A stretch of DNA of 64,000 nucleotides, taken from positions 50,222,001-50,286,000 of the forward strand of contig OZ076413.1 in assembly GCA_964187785.1 (NCBI GenBank), in the 5' to 3' direction. The translations under genes were made by a program, and so were the position numbers. The stretch is from Amphiscolops sp. MND2022. Lineage: Eukaryota. Of this stretch, positions 12,960 to 24,143 are shown in pieces; within the stretch, counting starts at the first letter, position 1, and every line of letters begins with the position of its first letter. The notes under the pieces were generated by a model, which was not told the origin of the DNA, did not search any database, and saw nothing but the letters and a program-made list of their open reading frames with translations.

Positions 12960-14128
12960 GGAATCAAGTGGTTTCAATGAACATGTATTGTAGAGCCGTC
13001 TTGTGCAGGTAATTCATATTTACCATCTGACAGTCTATCAATAATTTTGTATGGTCCAATCCTAAGGGGTTTTAGTTTGTCAGAAAAATGTACGTGTGTG
13101 AAATTTCATTTCAAAACAAAGGTGCCAATAGGAAGTGGTTTGCCTTCGTGATAGGTTTTTGTAATGTAGGCGTGTGAATTGATTTTTCGTGAAGTGTTTT
13201 CTTATACTGTAGAATATATTTGTAACATAGCTGTTTCTACAGCGAGAAACCTTTGTGTGATGGGTTTTGAAAGTGTTCTGTAAAAAAATGGATTAAGATA
13301 TGATTTGTCATAATGTGTGTGTTCTGGAAGTGAAGAGCAATAGCGTGAAATACATGTTTCAGAGGTGTCTCTTTTAAGATTTAAATCGAAAGTAAGAGGT
13401 ATTCTGGGTCTTGTGTGAAAAACAATTTCACGAGGAGAGATATTGAGTTCTGAAAGTGGTTGAGAATTATGTGCATAAGCGTACATATGGACTTGGAATG
13501 CCCAATCGTTAGGTGTATCATGTAAGAACATTCATAGATGTGTACCAAGATTTCTGTTTTGTACTTCGACAAGGCCATTTGTCCAAGGAGAGTATGCTGT
13601 TGTGGGAAAATGACGACTTCCCATAAGTGTACAAAGTTGTGTCGTTTCCTTGTTTACATATTCTGATCCACGATCAGTAACAAGATACATGGGTGGTCAA
13701 AAATTTGATAATCCATTGGTGTAGGAGAGTTTTGATTGCAGTTTTTGCGTTGTTTGATTTGATGGGTACTGAAACAACAAAGTGGCTAAAAGCGTCAATT
13801 ATGACATGTATATAAGATTTGTTTTGTGAAGGAGGATTAATAGGTCCTTTAGTGTCCATTGAAATGCGGTAGTTGAAAGATAGAGCATGTTCTGAGAATG
13901 ATTTTGTAGGAGCAGTTTGGATTTTCATGTTGAATTGTTTATTGCGTTGACATTCAACCCAGTCATGTATGAAAATGGAAAACCATTTTTCATCAAATGG
14001 AATATAGTAATATCGTGCGAATGTATTGTAGGTAATTTTGATACCTGTATGAGAGTGTTCATGAAGTTTGTTAAAAACAGTTTTGAAGAGTCGGAATGGA
14101 AGACATATTCGAATAGTAGCGCGTACAA
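12960..14128 (-). pseudogene. Integrase (DDE core, GPY/F module), disrupted
   Basis: ISMDTKGP, IIDAFSHF, DRGSEY, GLVEVQN, YAYAHNS and IGPYKI motifs across frameshifted ORFs. Confidence 0.85.
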
Positions 14129-14483
14129 AATCTGGGAGTAGAAGATTGGTTTAGAGTAGTAGGGTGTTTATTAGAGAGGCTAATAAGATTTGTGGAATCA
14201 TCTATAAACAGTTGTGAACATATTTTGTCCCAAGCAGGTAAAAAAGGAGTGCCAGTAATGAGTGGTGTTAGTGTTTCAGGTTTTTCATTTTTAACGATCC
14301 AAGAATAAACAGTTCTAAGAACCGGGTCTTGGGATTGTTGTTGTTGAAGTGTTGTTATGTCTAATGAGTAGTCATCTGGGAGAAAGAAACCTTGAAAATA
14401 GTTTTTGTAATTGGAAAATGATGTATCATAGGAAGGTATAATTTGTGTACAATGTGTGAGAGATAGTAAGTTTGTTTGTACAT

Positions 14484-16684
14484 TTATTGCAGAAACAAAT
14501 TTTTGTGAAGTGTTAGATATCGGCTTGTTGAGAGTAGAATAGTTTTCTGTTTGTAATGTTGTGTCGTGTAAGAAAGAAGAATCAGGTTTTGAAATTCTTG
14601 TATATATATGATCTTCATCATCACTTGTAATATCAGTATCATTAAGTAAGAGAGACTGCTGATGGAGGGTTTTGTTGTTCTTTTTTTTATAGGTGTTTTG
14701 AACTTTGTTTGAAAAGGAGTTTTAGATTTGATTGAGAAGGATTGTAAAGGTTTGATAACAATGTCATTTCCTTTGTCATTGATGCGAATAGAGAATTGAT
14801 CTGTACCATAATCAGCGAGAATTGGGTGAGAGTCATGTTTTTGGTGAGGTAAGATTTCTTCATGTTTAATTAAGTAATGTACAGGTTTAAGAGTGCCATT
14901 TTGTAAAAGTGCAAAATCAATTTGTGGTGAAAGTTGTTTGTGTTTTAGTTGATTGAGTTGTAGTTCAGCTTTTGTAAAAGAGCGACTTAACATATCGGCA
15001 ACAGAGAGGTTTTTTTCCAGGAGTGTGAATTATTGTGAGTTTTGAAAATTTCGTTAATTGCATTTGAGCTCTGTAAAAACGAGGACTAAGGTTACCCTTT
15101 TTTGTAAAACAATGTAATAAAGGTTTGTGATCAGTAAAAATATGTATTGGATGTGGAGAACCAATGATAAGAAACTCATAAATTTGAAGTGCATGTACTA
15201 TACCAAGAAGTTTTCTGTCAAGTGTTGAAAGTTTTTGTTCTTGTGGGTTGAGTATACGAGAGTTGCACGAGAGTTGTAGAAAACGAACTTTCATTTTGTT
15301 CTGTTCATTCAATTGGAATAAGACAGCGCCTAATCCAATAAGTGAAGCGTCAACTGTAATAAAAAATGGATGTTTTGTATTTGGTATTGTAAGTTCTGTT
15401 TCAGAAGTGAGAGACATTTTAAGTCTTTGAAAAAGACTTTCGTGTTCATCTGTCCATTTCCAAGGAGTGTTCTCATAAAAGAGGTCGTAATATGGTTTAA
15501 GGTTTATATGTAGTTTTTCAATAAATTTGGTGTAAAAGTTAAGTGCGCCAATGAAACTCATTAGAGCAACTTTGCCAGTTGAAGAAGGGAATTTATGGAT
15601 AGCTGCAATTTTCGAATGGATTGGTTTAATTGTATTGTAAACAATTTCATGTCCAAGAAATTTGACTTTAAGAAGCATGAAAAAGGATTTTTCAGGGGCT
15701 AGTTTAAGATTGTTTTTTGTACTGATAATGTGTAGTTGTTCTATGAGTTGGAACATGTGTTCTTTAGTGTCAGATAAAAGTAATATATCGTCAATGTAGA
15801 CAAGAGCAAATCCTTGTTCTATAAGAGTTTTAAAGAAGGTAGACATTTGTTTTGTAAAGAAGTTTGGGAGTCCTTTGAGACCATAGAAGCCTCGGATGAA
15901 AGCGAAGAGTTTATCTCCTGAGGAGAAACTGGTAAGTTTAATAGTGTCTTCATCAAGAGGTGTATGTGCTTAGGCAAACATAAGGTCAATTGCAGATTTG
16001 TACTTTTTGTTTGCGCGTGCTAATTGTGGAGCGAGAGGTTCATTAGGCCAAAATTCATCGGATTGTTCTGTATTTGAGTGAAGATGTCAAGCATCTAAGG
16101 CGCATTTTAGTGTCCCCCTTGGGGATTATAATGGGAGTGTTTAAATAAGTTGTGCCATAAACTGGTTTGTCTTGTGGAGAGGAACCATTTTGTTTGATGA
16201 TGTTATATTTTTCTAGTTCTTTGAGAAGTACATTAAGTCTGTCTCGGTAATGAATAGGGATATTAGAAGGACGTTGTGTCATAAGATGAGCATTTGGTTT
16301 AAATCTAATACTGAAGGGCGTTGAAATTTTTCCAACATCGTTTTTATGAGTGGCATAACATGTTTTGTATTTGAGTAACATATTGCAAAGGGTAATGTAT
16401 TCAGTGTCTGTAAGGTTAGAAAATTGGAAGTTAAATTTATTGTTAAATTTCAGATTTTCAGACGTGTATGGTAAAGAAGGAAAAATGCGTTTTTCAGAAG
16501 TGTGAGAAGTAGGTTGAACATTGTATAAAGGAGAAGTTCGAGGTAATGTGTCAGAATTTGTCATATAAATTTGATGTAATGAAAACTGAGGAGGAGGAGT
16601 TGTAGGATCGTCGTAGTGTACGATATAGTTAGTTTGTGGAACTGGTTCAGTGTTTTCAGGATGGTAGGTATGAGTAAGTAACAT
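14484..16684 (-). pseudogene. Reverse transcriptase - RNase H, disrupted
   Basis: LVYIDDIL, VKFLGH, ITVDASLIGLGAVL and IFTDHKPL motifs. Several frameshifts. Confidence 0.9.
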
Positions 16685-16993
16685 TATGTATTAAGGTGTT
16701 AATATCGTTAACTTGAAAGAATTTGGGTTTTTCATTTGTTATTGGAACTTCGATATATCCAATATGTCCTGTAGGTAGTGTTGCAACATGTTTTGAGGTG
16801 TTCTGGATGATAGTTGCACAAATATCTGGTTTGTCATCAGTGAATACTTCAATAAAAATGAAATTTGTACGAAATTTAGTAGCAAAATTGGTATGTGGTA
16901 CTGAAGGGAAGAAGTGATTTTGTGGTGTAGTTGTAAAGTGAAGGTTATGAGAACTTTTTATTGGAAAGTGTGCAATTTTAGAAGACTTGGGTT

Positions 16994-19924
16994 TTAGACG
17001 TATTTGAGTTTTTGAATTAATTCTATAAATGTAAGAGAAATATGGGTAGTCTTTAGATAGGAGTGTTGTGAACTTTGCATAATTTGGGTGTAATTTTGAT
17101 TGGTATATTTGAATTCGAGTGTAAAGTCTTGTATGTTTATGTTTTGTATTTTGTCTTCAAAGAAGGGTGTACCAAGAATGTTGTATTTGATATCGGCTAC
17201 TGCAAAAGGCACGGAAAAATAACGAGACTTTTCATCAATATTGGTGTTCAAAATTATATTGGCATAATGTAATATAGGAACGGTTTTATTTGCAACGGTT
17301 AATGTTTTTGAATTTTGAGTTGGTCCTACGTCAGAAGTGTGATTTGGTCTGATATCTAAGAGTTTTGTGAGAGTTATGTATGTTGGGTAATTTAATACAG
17401 AAATGGAAGCACCGCTATCTAGAAGGAATGCAATTTCCAATCTAGATGGGTTGTCTCTTTGTGTTATACTTGATGGTGTATGAACATATAGTGTATAAAA
17501 CCAACTTGTAGGTGTTACAGCGATTGCCATTGCTGTTGGGTGATACATGTGTACTTCAAAATTTATAGGGTCAGATTGGTCTTGTTGTTGTATCATATTA
17601 ATTTTGTTTCTGGAATTGGAGTGTGAACGAGATCTACAAAATCTAGAGTCTCTTTGTCTTGAAGGTGGTCTGGATGAATTTGTATATTTTGTGAATTTGT
17701 TGTCTCTGGAATAGGAGCGTGATCTGTATCTAGGGCGAGAGTTGTGTCGATACGGAGATCTGTATGAGGATCTGCATGGAGAGCGGTAAGACCGGGAGTC
17801 ACGTTTATACGTATCATATCGTGATCTAGAGTAGTGTGGAGGAGTAGTACTTTTGTCATAACTAAATTTATCTCTAGATGTAGAACGGTATCGATTTTGT
17901 GAATGGTTTTTGTTGTAAGAATTGTCTCGTGAGGTACTTCGACTTCGGTATCGATTAGTATAATGTTTTGTTCTATCATTGGAAGGAGAACGAAAGTATT
18001 GTACAAATGATTTTTGTGGAGATTTTGATCGAGCATATGCATCTCGTTTGTCTTCATCATCTCGTTGTTTTTTGAAACAAGCAGAGATGGAATGATTTGT
18101 TCTATGACAATATGAACAATATTTTTTATATGCAGGTTTATTTTTGTTATTTGGGTCTTTGGGTTGAGTAAACATAAGTTGTTCTTGAGATGAAGGGTCA
18201 AGAGTTTGAGTGTTCAACTTTTTTGTAATATTGTTAATTTCAAGTGCAAGATCATGTGTTCTGATTTTGTCGTTTGCAATATCTTCAGCATCAACAAGTT
18301 TTACTAATGTATGAAAGGGAATTGAATTTTCTAAAACAGTAGAAGTGTGTTTTATTTGTCTTTTGTTTGCAAAGTCTTTAAGGTTTTTTGGAAGTCCTTT
18401 GGTAAAAATTTCATTACATTTGAGGTTAATAGTGGATGCATTCTCATTACACCAGCTTTTTTCAACTAGCTGTTGAACTTTGAGTGCAAAATGGCGTACT
18501 GTTTCATTATCTTTCTTTGTTAAATTAAGGGCTTCAACTTGAGCAAAGTAAGCGTTCTTTTGTGAAGAGAATTGTTTTTTGAAAGCTTGTACAAAAGCGT
18601 GTCAATCGTGTTTATAGATGTCATTTAAACGAATGTACCAACAGAGTGCTGTACCTGTTAAAGAGCTATGTATGAAAGGCATGCGACGAGTGTGCCAAAC
18701 TTTATATTCATGTTCTGATATAGGTTGTAAACCTAAAGAAAATGTAACACGTGCCTCAATATGTTGTAAGTATTTTTCAGGTTGTATAATTATGATCCAG
18801 TCCATCAAAAGGTTTAATGGGTTCTGATATAGAAGTAGAAGAGTTGATATATAATGGGTGTGACATAGTATTGTGAGATATGGTAGATGGTGGTGCTGTA
18901 TTGTATGTAGAGTTATTTGAAATATTAGTAAAAGAAGTGGTATAAGTGTTGTGAAAGTGAAGGTTGGTTCTAATTGTTGTTGAAGGAGGATTTGGTATTT
19001 GAAATTGGGAGGTTTGTAAGGTAGGTGTGATTGCATTAGACATGTGTTGAGGAGGAAAAGTATTTATTGAATTGGGTCTGTTATTATTTGTCTGAGATTG
19101 TTGTGTATGACTGGGATTTGTACTTGTAAGATTGTATGATAATGGGTTAATTAAGATAGTTTGTAATGGAGGTCGAAAAAGATGTCTGGAAGTGGTGTAA
19201 TTAAAGGAGGGATTCGAAAGAATGGTATTAATATTTAAAGTAGGTTGTGTATTTTGTATTGGGTTAGTTTGAGCTGGAGTATAGGTTGAAGTTTGTATTT
19301 CAGTAGGTGATGGTGGGGTTGGTGTTTGAAAATGTACTGTATTAGTGTTCTGTGTAGTATGTTGTGTAATTGAAGAGCTTTGTTGAGGAGTATTATGGGT
19401 GTGAATCTGAGGCGACAATTGGGATGGAATAGAAGGTGGGTCATAATTTCGACGAGGTGATACTTGTGTCTGAGATGGTTGTGTAATATTAGTATGTGAT
19501 GTAGATAAAACAGAAGTATTGTCTTGATTTGTAGTTAGAGTGTTGTCTTTGGTTTGGTTGTTAAATTCGTTTTGTGTGATATTGTGGGTAGGAGTTTGTA
19601 TAAGATTTGAGTCGTCAGTTATTGTAAAACTTCGTGTATTTTGTACAGTTTCTTCAGAGAATTCTGAGGTATTTTGGATTGTAGCTGTTTCAGAAGGATT
19701 AGCTTTTCGTTTATCGGAACATTGTGGTAATGGTGGATATAGTGGGTGTTCTTGATGAGGTTCTGGATTTTGGAAAAGGTTAGTAAAGTCTTCTTGTTCA
19801 GATTGTTCTGAATGTTGTCTAGTGTGTAAAAGTTCAAGATTTGAGGTTTGTTCTTCAGGAGTTGTTTCAGGAGAAGTATCGGATGTAATAAAAGGTCGGA
19901 TATCTGATGTTGCAGAATGTTCAA
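16994..19924 (-). pseudogene. gag: gag (T/P/Q-rich N-terminus, capsid, CCHC knuckle, RS-rich tract) plus aspartic protease, disrupted
   Basis: FDGLDHNY...SLTGTALCWY capsid-like segment, CSYCHRTNHSISAC knuckle, long Arg/Ser/Tyr-rich tract, then FLLDSGAS and ILGTPF protease motifs. Confidence 0.85.
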
Positions 19925-20043
19925 CTAAAAAGTTGTGGTCTAAGTTTATTTGTTCAAATTGTGTAACATTAAATGATGTAAGATCTCTGTATTGTAAACC
20001 TTTATTTTCATTTTTTTATTGTGTGGTAAGAGTTCTGTTTGTG

Positions 20044-21050
20044 TTAATATTTGAGGGAAATTAATGTAGGCTTGTTGATCTTGTTGTTCCCAGAGTAGTT
20101 GATTGTTAAATCGGAAAAACTTTTTAAAAAAATGAGTAAAAATTTTGACCTGAGAGATAGTGTCATCCGTAAGGATAATGTTGTTAAAGAATCTGTTTTG
20201 GAAATTTTTATTTGTAAGATATCTTTTTGTAGCCAGTAATGAGGGTTACGAACTTCATGTCTTTGAACTCTTGTGTCAAGATCAAGAACCTCGAAACATT
20301 CAGATCTGTGTTTTAGGTCTTCTAGGTGAGAAGAACGATAAAGTGGTGTATCTTGGTTTTCATTGAATTCAATAAGTTTTTGCATGTATGTGCGAAAAAC
20401 ATCTTGTATAGGAAGTCTTATATTTTGTGGATGGATAGTTCTATACAATGTTCCAGGACTTATTCCTTTAACTGGATTGAAAATAACTTGAAAAGGGGTT
20501 TGTGCTGATGTTATTTCAAGTGTTTTATATCGAATGTGATAAAGATAAGAGTCACAATGTTCTCGTGCTAATGGAATAGTATGTACTGTATGGGGTTCTG
20601 TCTCAAGTGGAAGTGGATTTGTGTACTGAAAGATGATGTTATTTAGGAAGCGTTATATGGTGTAAAATTTAGTTAGTATAATAAGGTTGCCATAAAAGAT
20701 AGATGTATTGGAAAAGAAGAAATTTTGTATTGAATTGTGAATTATATGGTAAGATTTTGTCTATGAATACAACTTGTAAGAATATTGTACGTGCTGTACT
20801 TAGGAAAAGAAGAAATGGGTTTTGTATATATTGTATAAATGTATAAAAGGTGTAGTAAATACTAAGCAGTCCAAAAAGAGGTAGTAATATACTTGTTAAC
20901 ATAGAAAAGAAAGGTTGTACCTTGAAATTTTGGTATAAATGATACTAAAAATTTGTCACGAAAAAGTGCAAGACCGGCAACTATAGCAATAAAGAACCAA
21001 AAGCAGAAAATGAGCTTAACTACAATGTCTACCGAAGACGGCATGTACAA
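20044..21050 (-). pseudogene. Upstream ORF0 with multiple hydrophobic segments, fragmented
   Basis: Consecutive sense-strand ORF pieces 20862..21050, 20669..20902 and 20044..20448. The first two are strongly hydrophobic. Confidence 0.45.
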
Positions 21051-21726
21051 TAAAGTTCTATTAAGAGTATGTCAAGAAGTTTGTATAAAAATTTGTTGTA
21101 AATATGTGTGAAAAGTGAGAGTTATAAAAAGAATTATTTGATTTATTTGTTATATATTTTAAGTTGTTATGTATTTGGATCCGTAAACTAGTTTTGAAAG
21201 AGTTTTGAATGGTGTTTGTACTATAGAAGAGAGGGAAAGAAGTATTAGAATAGTTTTATGTGAAAAATATATGTTATAGAGGTGTGCCAACTTTAAAGTT
21301 GATCCAAGCGGCTAGAACGAAGGAATTTTTACTAGCAGGAATCGCTGGATAGCACTGTAGAAGAGCCAACACGTATCGCACGTCTGCGGTTGGAACGGAA
21401 GAAGAAGAGAAAGCCAACACGAATTCACTCAGAGGGGTTTGGAACGAAAAATGTACTGGCAGGAATTACGCGAAGAAACGTAGTCAGAACCAAGAAATGT
21501 AACTGACAGGAATTACGTTGAAGGACGTAGTCAGAACAATAGCAACACGAATCAATTTCTTAGAGAAATTGGTTGCAACGTTGAATGTTAATAACGGTAG
21601 GCGATATTGAGAGGTGGAGAAACTGTGTGTCGAACAAAGAGATATCTGATGAGAAAGTCGAGAAAAGGTGTGCAAAAATTGTAGAGTTGTGAAATGAGTG
21701 GGAGAGGAAGAAGAATTTTCTGAGAG

Positions 21727-22142
21727 AAAGTGTGGTTGTTGTTTCTTTAAGATGTTTTAGTACAGACATAAGAAGTCCAAGATTTTAACAGCGAGGTCGT
21801 CTTATTTCAATTCTGTTTAGCTAGCTATTTCTAGGTCTAATCTCTCTGAGATCTAAGTTAAGTTCTAAGTCGAAAACACGACTGTTTGGTGGATTAGAAT
21901 CTCAATTTCTCCGAGTAGATATATCTTATCAACTAGGGTAGATTTAATTCATTTACATCAATAAGAAAGTGACAGTAACAGGATACATCTGAGAAGCTTG
22001 TTACAGGATATATTAAGTGAAGTTTCTTCTAAGATAATTAGCTTTCAAATGAAATTACATTTACTAATTATTTTGGTTAGGAGTTCAGACTATTTCAGAT
22101 TTATAGAATCTTTGAGGACATGCATCATGGCATCACAATCAA
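21727..22142 (-). repeat. 5' LTR of env-bearing element
   Basis: Direct repeat of 4235-4650. Confidence 0.9.
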
Positions 22143-22400
22143 GATAATAACACAAGTGGCACGAATTGTGCTGCAAGGAATGATATTGTCCATGAAAATA
22201 TCAACCTGTAGCAAAATATGCCCCTGGGTTGCCCGCACATGAAATTTTTATTTTTAGTTTTTTTGAAGCGCTAATTGAAACTTCCTAACAGTTTCTGCCA
22301 GGAGTTACTGTTATACTGTTCATTCGCCCTGACCTCTATCGAGTTATGGCGCAGTACAGTTGATGATATTGTTTACCAACAAACTGTGAAGAACTGATTT

Positions 22401-22627
22401 TGTTGCGTAACAAATAAAATCTGAATGAAAAGCATGAGTCAGGTCTTTGATGTAGTGAAACAAACAAAAGTCGATTTGTAAAATTGATCCCGCAAAACTG
22501 AGAATTGGTGAATGGATTCTGCCAAACAATACAAAAAAGGGTTTGCTATCTCGAAACTAAATACATACATTATTGACTGCTCTCTTTCTTGTTACGAACT
22601 GTATTAACCGAATTTACAGTTTCTTTA
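22401..22627 (+). repeat. BEL/Pao 5' LTR
   Basis: Direct repeat of 30710-30936. Confidence 0.95.
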
Positions 22628-22644
22628 TGGTGGCCATTGAGAGG
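22628..22644 (+). promoter_or_regulatory. Putative primer-binding site
   Basis: TGGTGGCCATTGAGAGG immediately follows the 5' LTR. The tRNA is not assigned. Confidence 0.7.
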
Positions 22645-23115
22645 CAGCTACAAAAAACAACATTGAAACAATTTCTTCACCAACAAACAGCTTTTTCGAG
22701 TTCCTTCCGTTCGGGGTATGTCTAGTACAGCAAAACCTTATGTGTGGGTTTCAATGGGAAACAACTAAGACTACAAGAAACCCAAGAATTGCCCAAAATA
22801 ACAACTTCTGGAACATCGGAAACCCAAAAAACAAACTTTGTAAACTTTGAATCTGAGAAACGGATTAATTTTTTTCTCAAGCTTTATCCCTGAACTGAGC
22901 TAAAGGCTTTTACGTGTACAATGTTTAATCGAAACTGATATAACCCATAACTGATTTGATTTGAAAAAAAGTCATTTGAAAAAACCAGAAGAAAGCCCGC
23001 AATAAAAAATTTAAGTTCATAATTTTTTGTGGTTTTCGTTTGCAATGCCTTAAATGTTTGAAAAAATAATTATAATAATGGTTTCGAAAAACCCATTCGA
23101 AAAACAAAACGAAAA

Positions 23116-23720
23116 ATGGTATTCATTTTAGCGGCAAGTTTTTTGCACCATGCATTGGAAACATTAACCGCCGAAGGAAAAGAACAATTTAAAGAAAAAA
23201 CTTGAACCAACCCGGGCCTAAGTCTTAATCCGAACACAAAAAACCCCAAAAAGATTGTTCAAAATTTACTTTCGAAAGATCTGAAAGATAAAAACAACAT
23301 TGTTATTTGGCATGATGTCCTAAATAACAGCATTTCCCGTCATGATAGTAACTTTTGTGCATTACCAGTGTCCGAATTGATTGAAACTTTGAAAAGCATT
23401 CAGAAACAACTCAGTGCTCTGGTGTATTGCCACCGTTTTCGTACCCCCGATATCTTTGAATCATTGAAAACATTGGAACCCGATCTTGATATCAAAGTAT
23501 TCAATATAGTCAAAGATTTTATTTCTCCGAGAAAACAGAAGGATGCCAACCTTTTGAAAAACTTAAAGCACTGCATCAGAACCCTGCGCTTGAATTGAAA
23601 AATTTGTACTTTTTGCTCCGTAAAGAGAACGAACTGTCCTCAATAACTGACAAAAGCCGACCCAAACGGCCAAGTAAGCGTGCCCGTTACGCTGCTAAGA
23701 GAGCCGCTGCCTCTTTTTAG
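23116..23720 (+). pseudogene. Extra ORF upstream of BEL gag, SGNH/GDSL-hydrolase-like motif order
   Basis: MVFILAASFL...PGLSL...IVIWHDVLNNS...ALHQ and a basic tail. One stop (23203) and one frameshift (~23565). In frame with ORF 23368..23598. Confidence 0.5.
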
Positions 23721-24143
23721 TCACGGTTAGCAACCCCCGCCCGCTTATTCCAGCTGTTGAGACGGTGTCCGAACTTCACTGATCGGTTGAAGTTTCTTCA
23801 GCTCTTCCTCCTTTTTTCAGAGTTGTGTCCAGTCTTGACTGACTGGTTGATACTCCGAAAAAACGTTTCGTCCCTCACCCGCACCACCGTTAACTGAGAC
23901 CGCGTTTCTTTAACACGACTTTGAGTTTTGTCTTCCGTCCTCGTAGTCTGTGACTACTTTTAACTTCACAAACAAGAAAAACCGTCAGTTTTGTTAGATC
24001 ATTGTGCAACCACCGTGCTGTGACCGAACCATCCACACTTCTTTATACCACCGAGTTTTTTCATAAACTGTGTCCAAACTTAATTGTTTGGTTGACGTCA
24101 CAAAAAGTACAAACGCTCACCGATCCCCAATTTTGACAACGTC

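Larger units (their letters stand above)
4235..22142 (-). mobile_element. Giant (~17.9 kb) env-bearing Ty3/Gypsy-type LTR retroelement, degraded
   Basis: 416-bp direct repeats at both ends. Minus-strand order is hydrophobic ORF0, gag (CCHC), PR (LLDSGAS), RT (YIDD), RNase H, integrase, env-like, accessory ORFs. Possible imperfect TSD GTTAA/GATAA. Confidence 0.9.
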
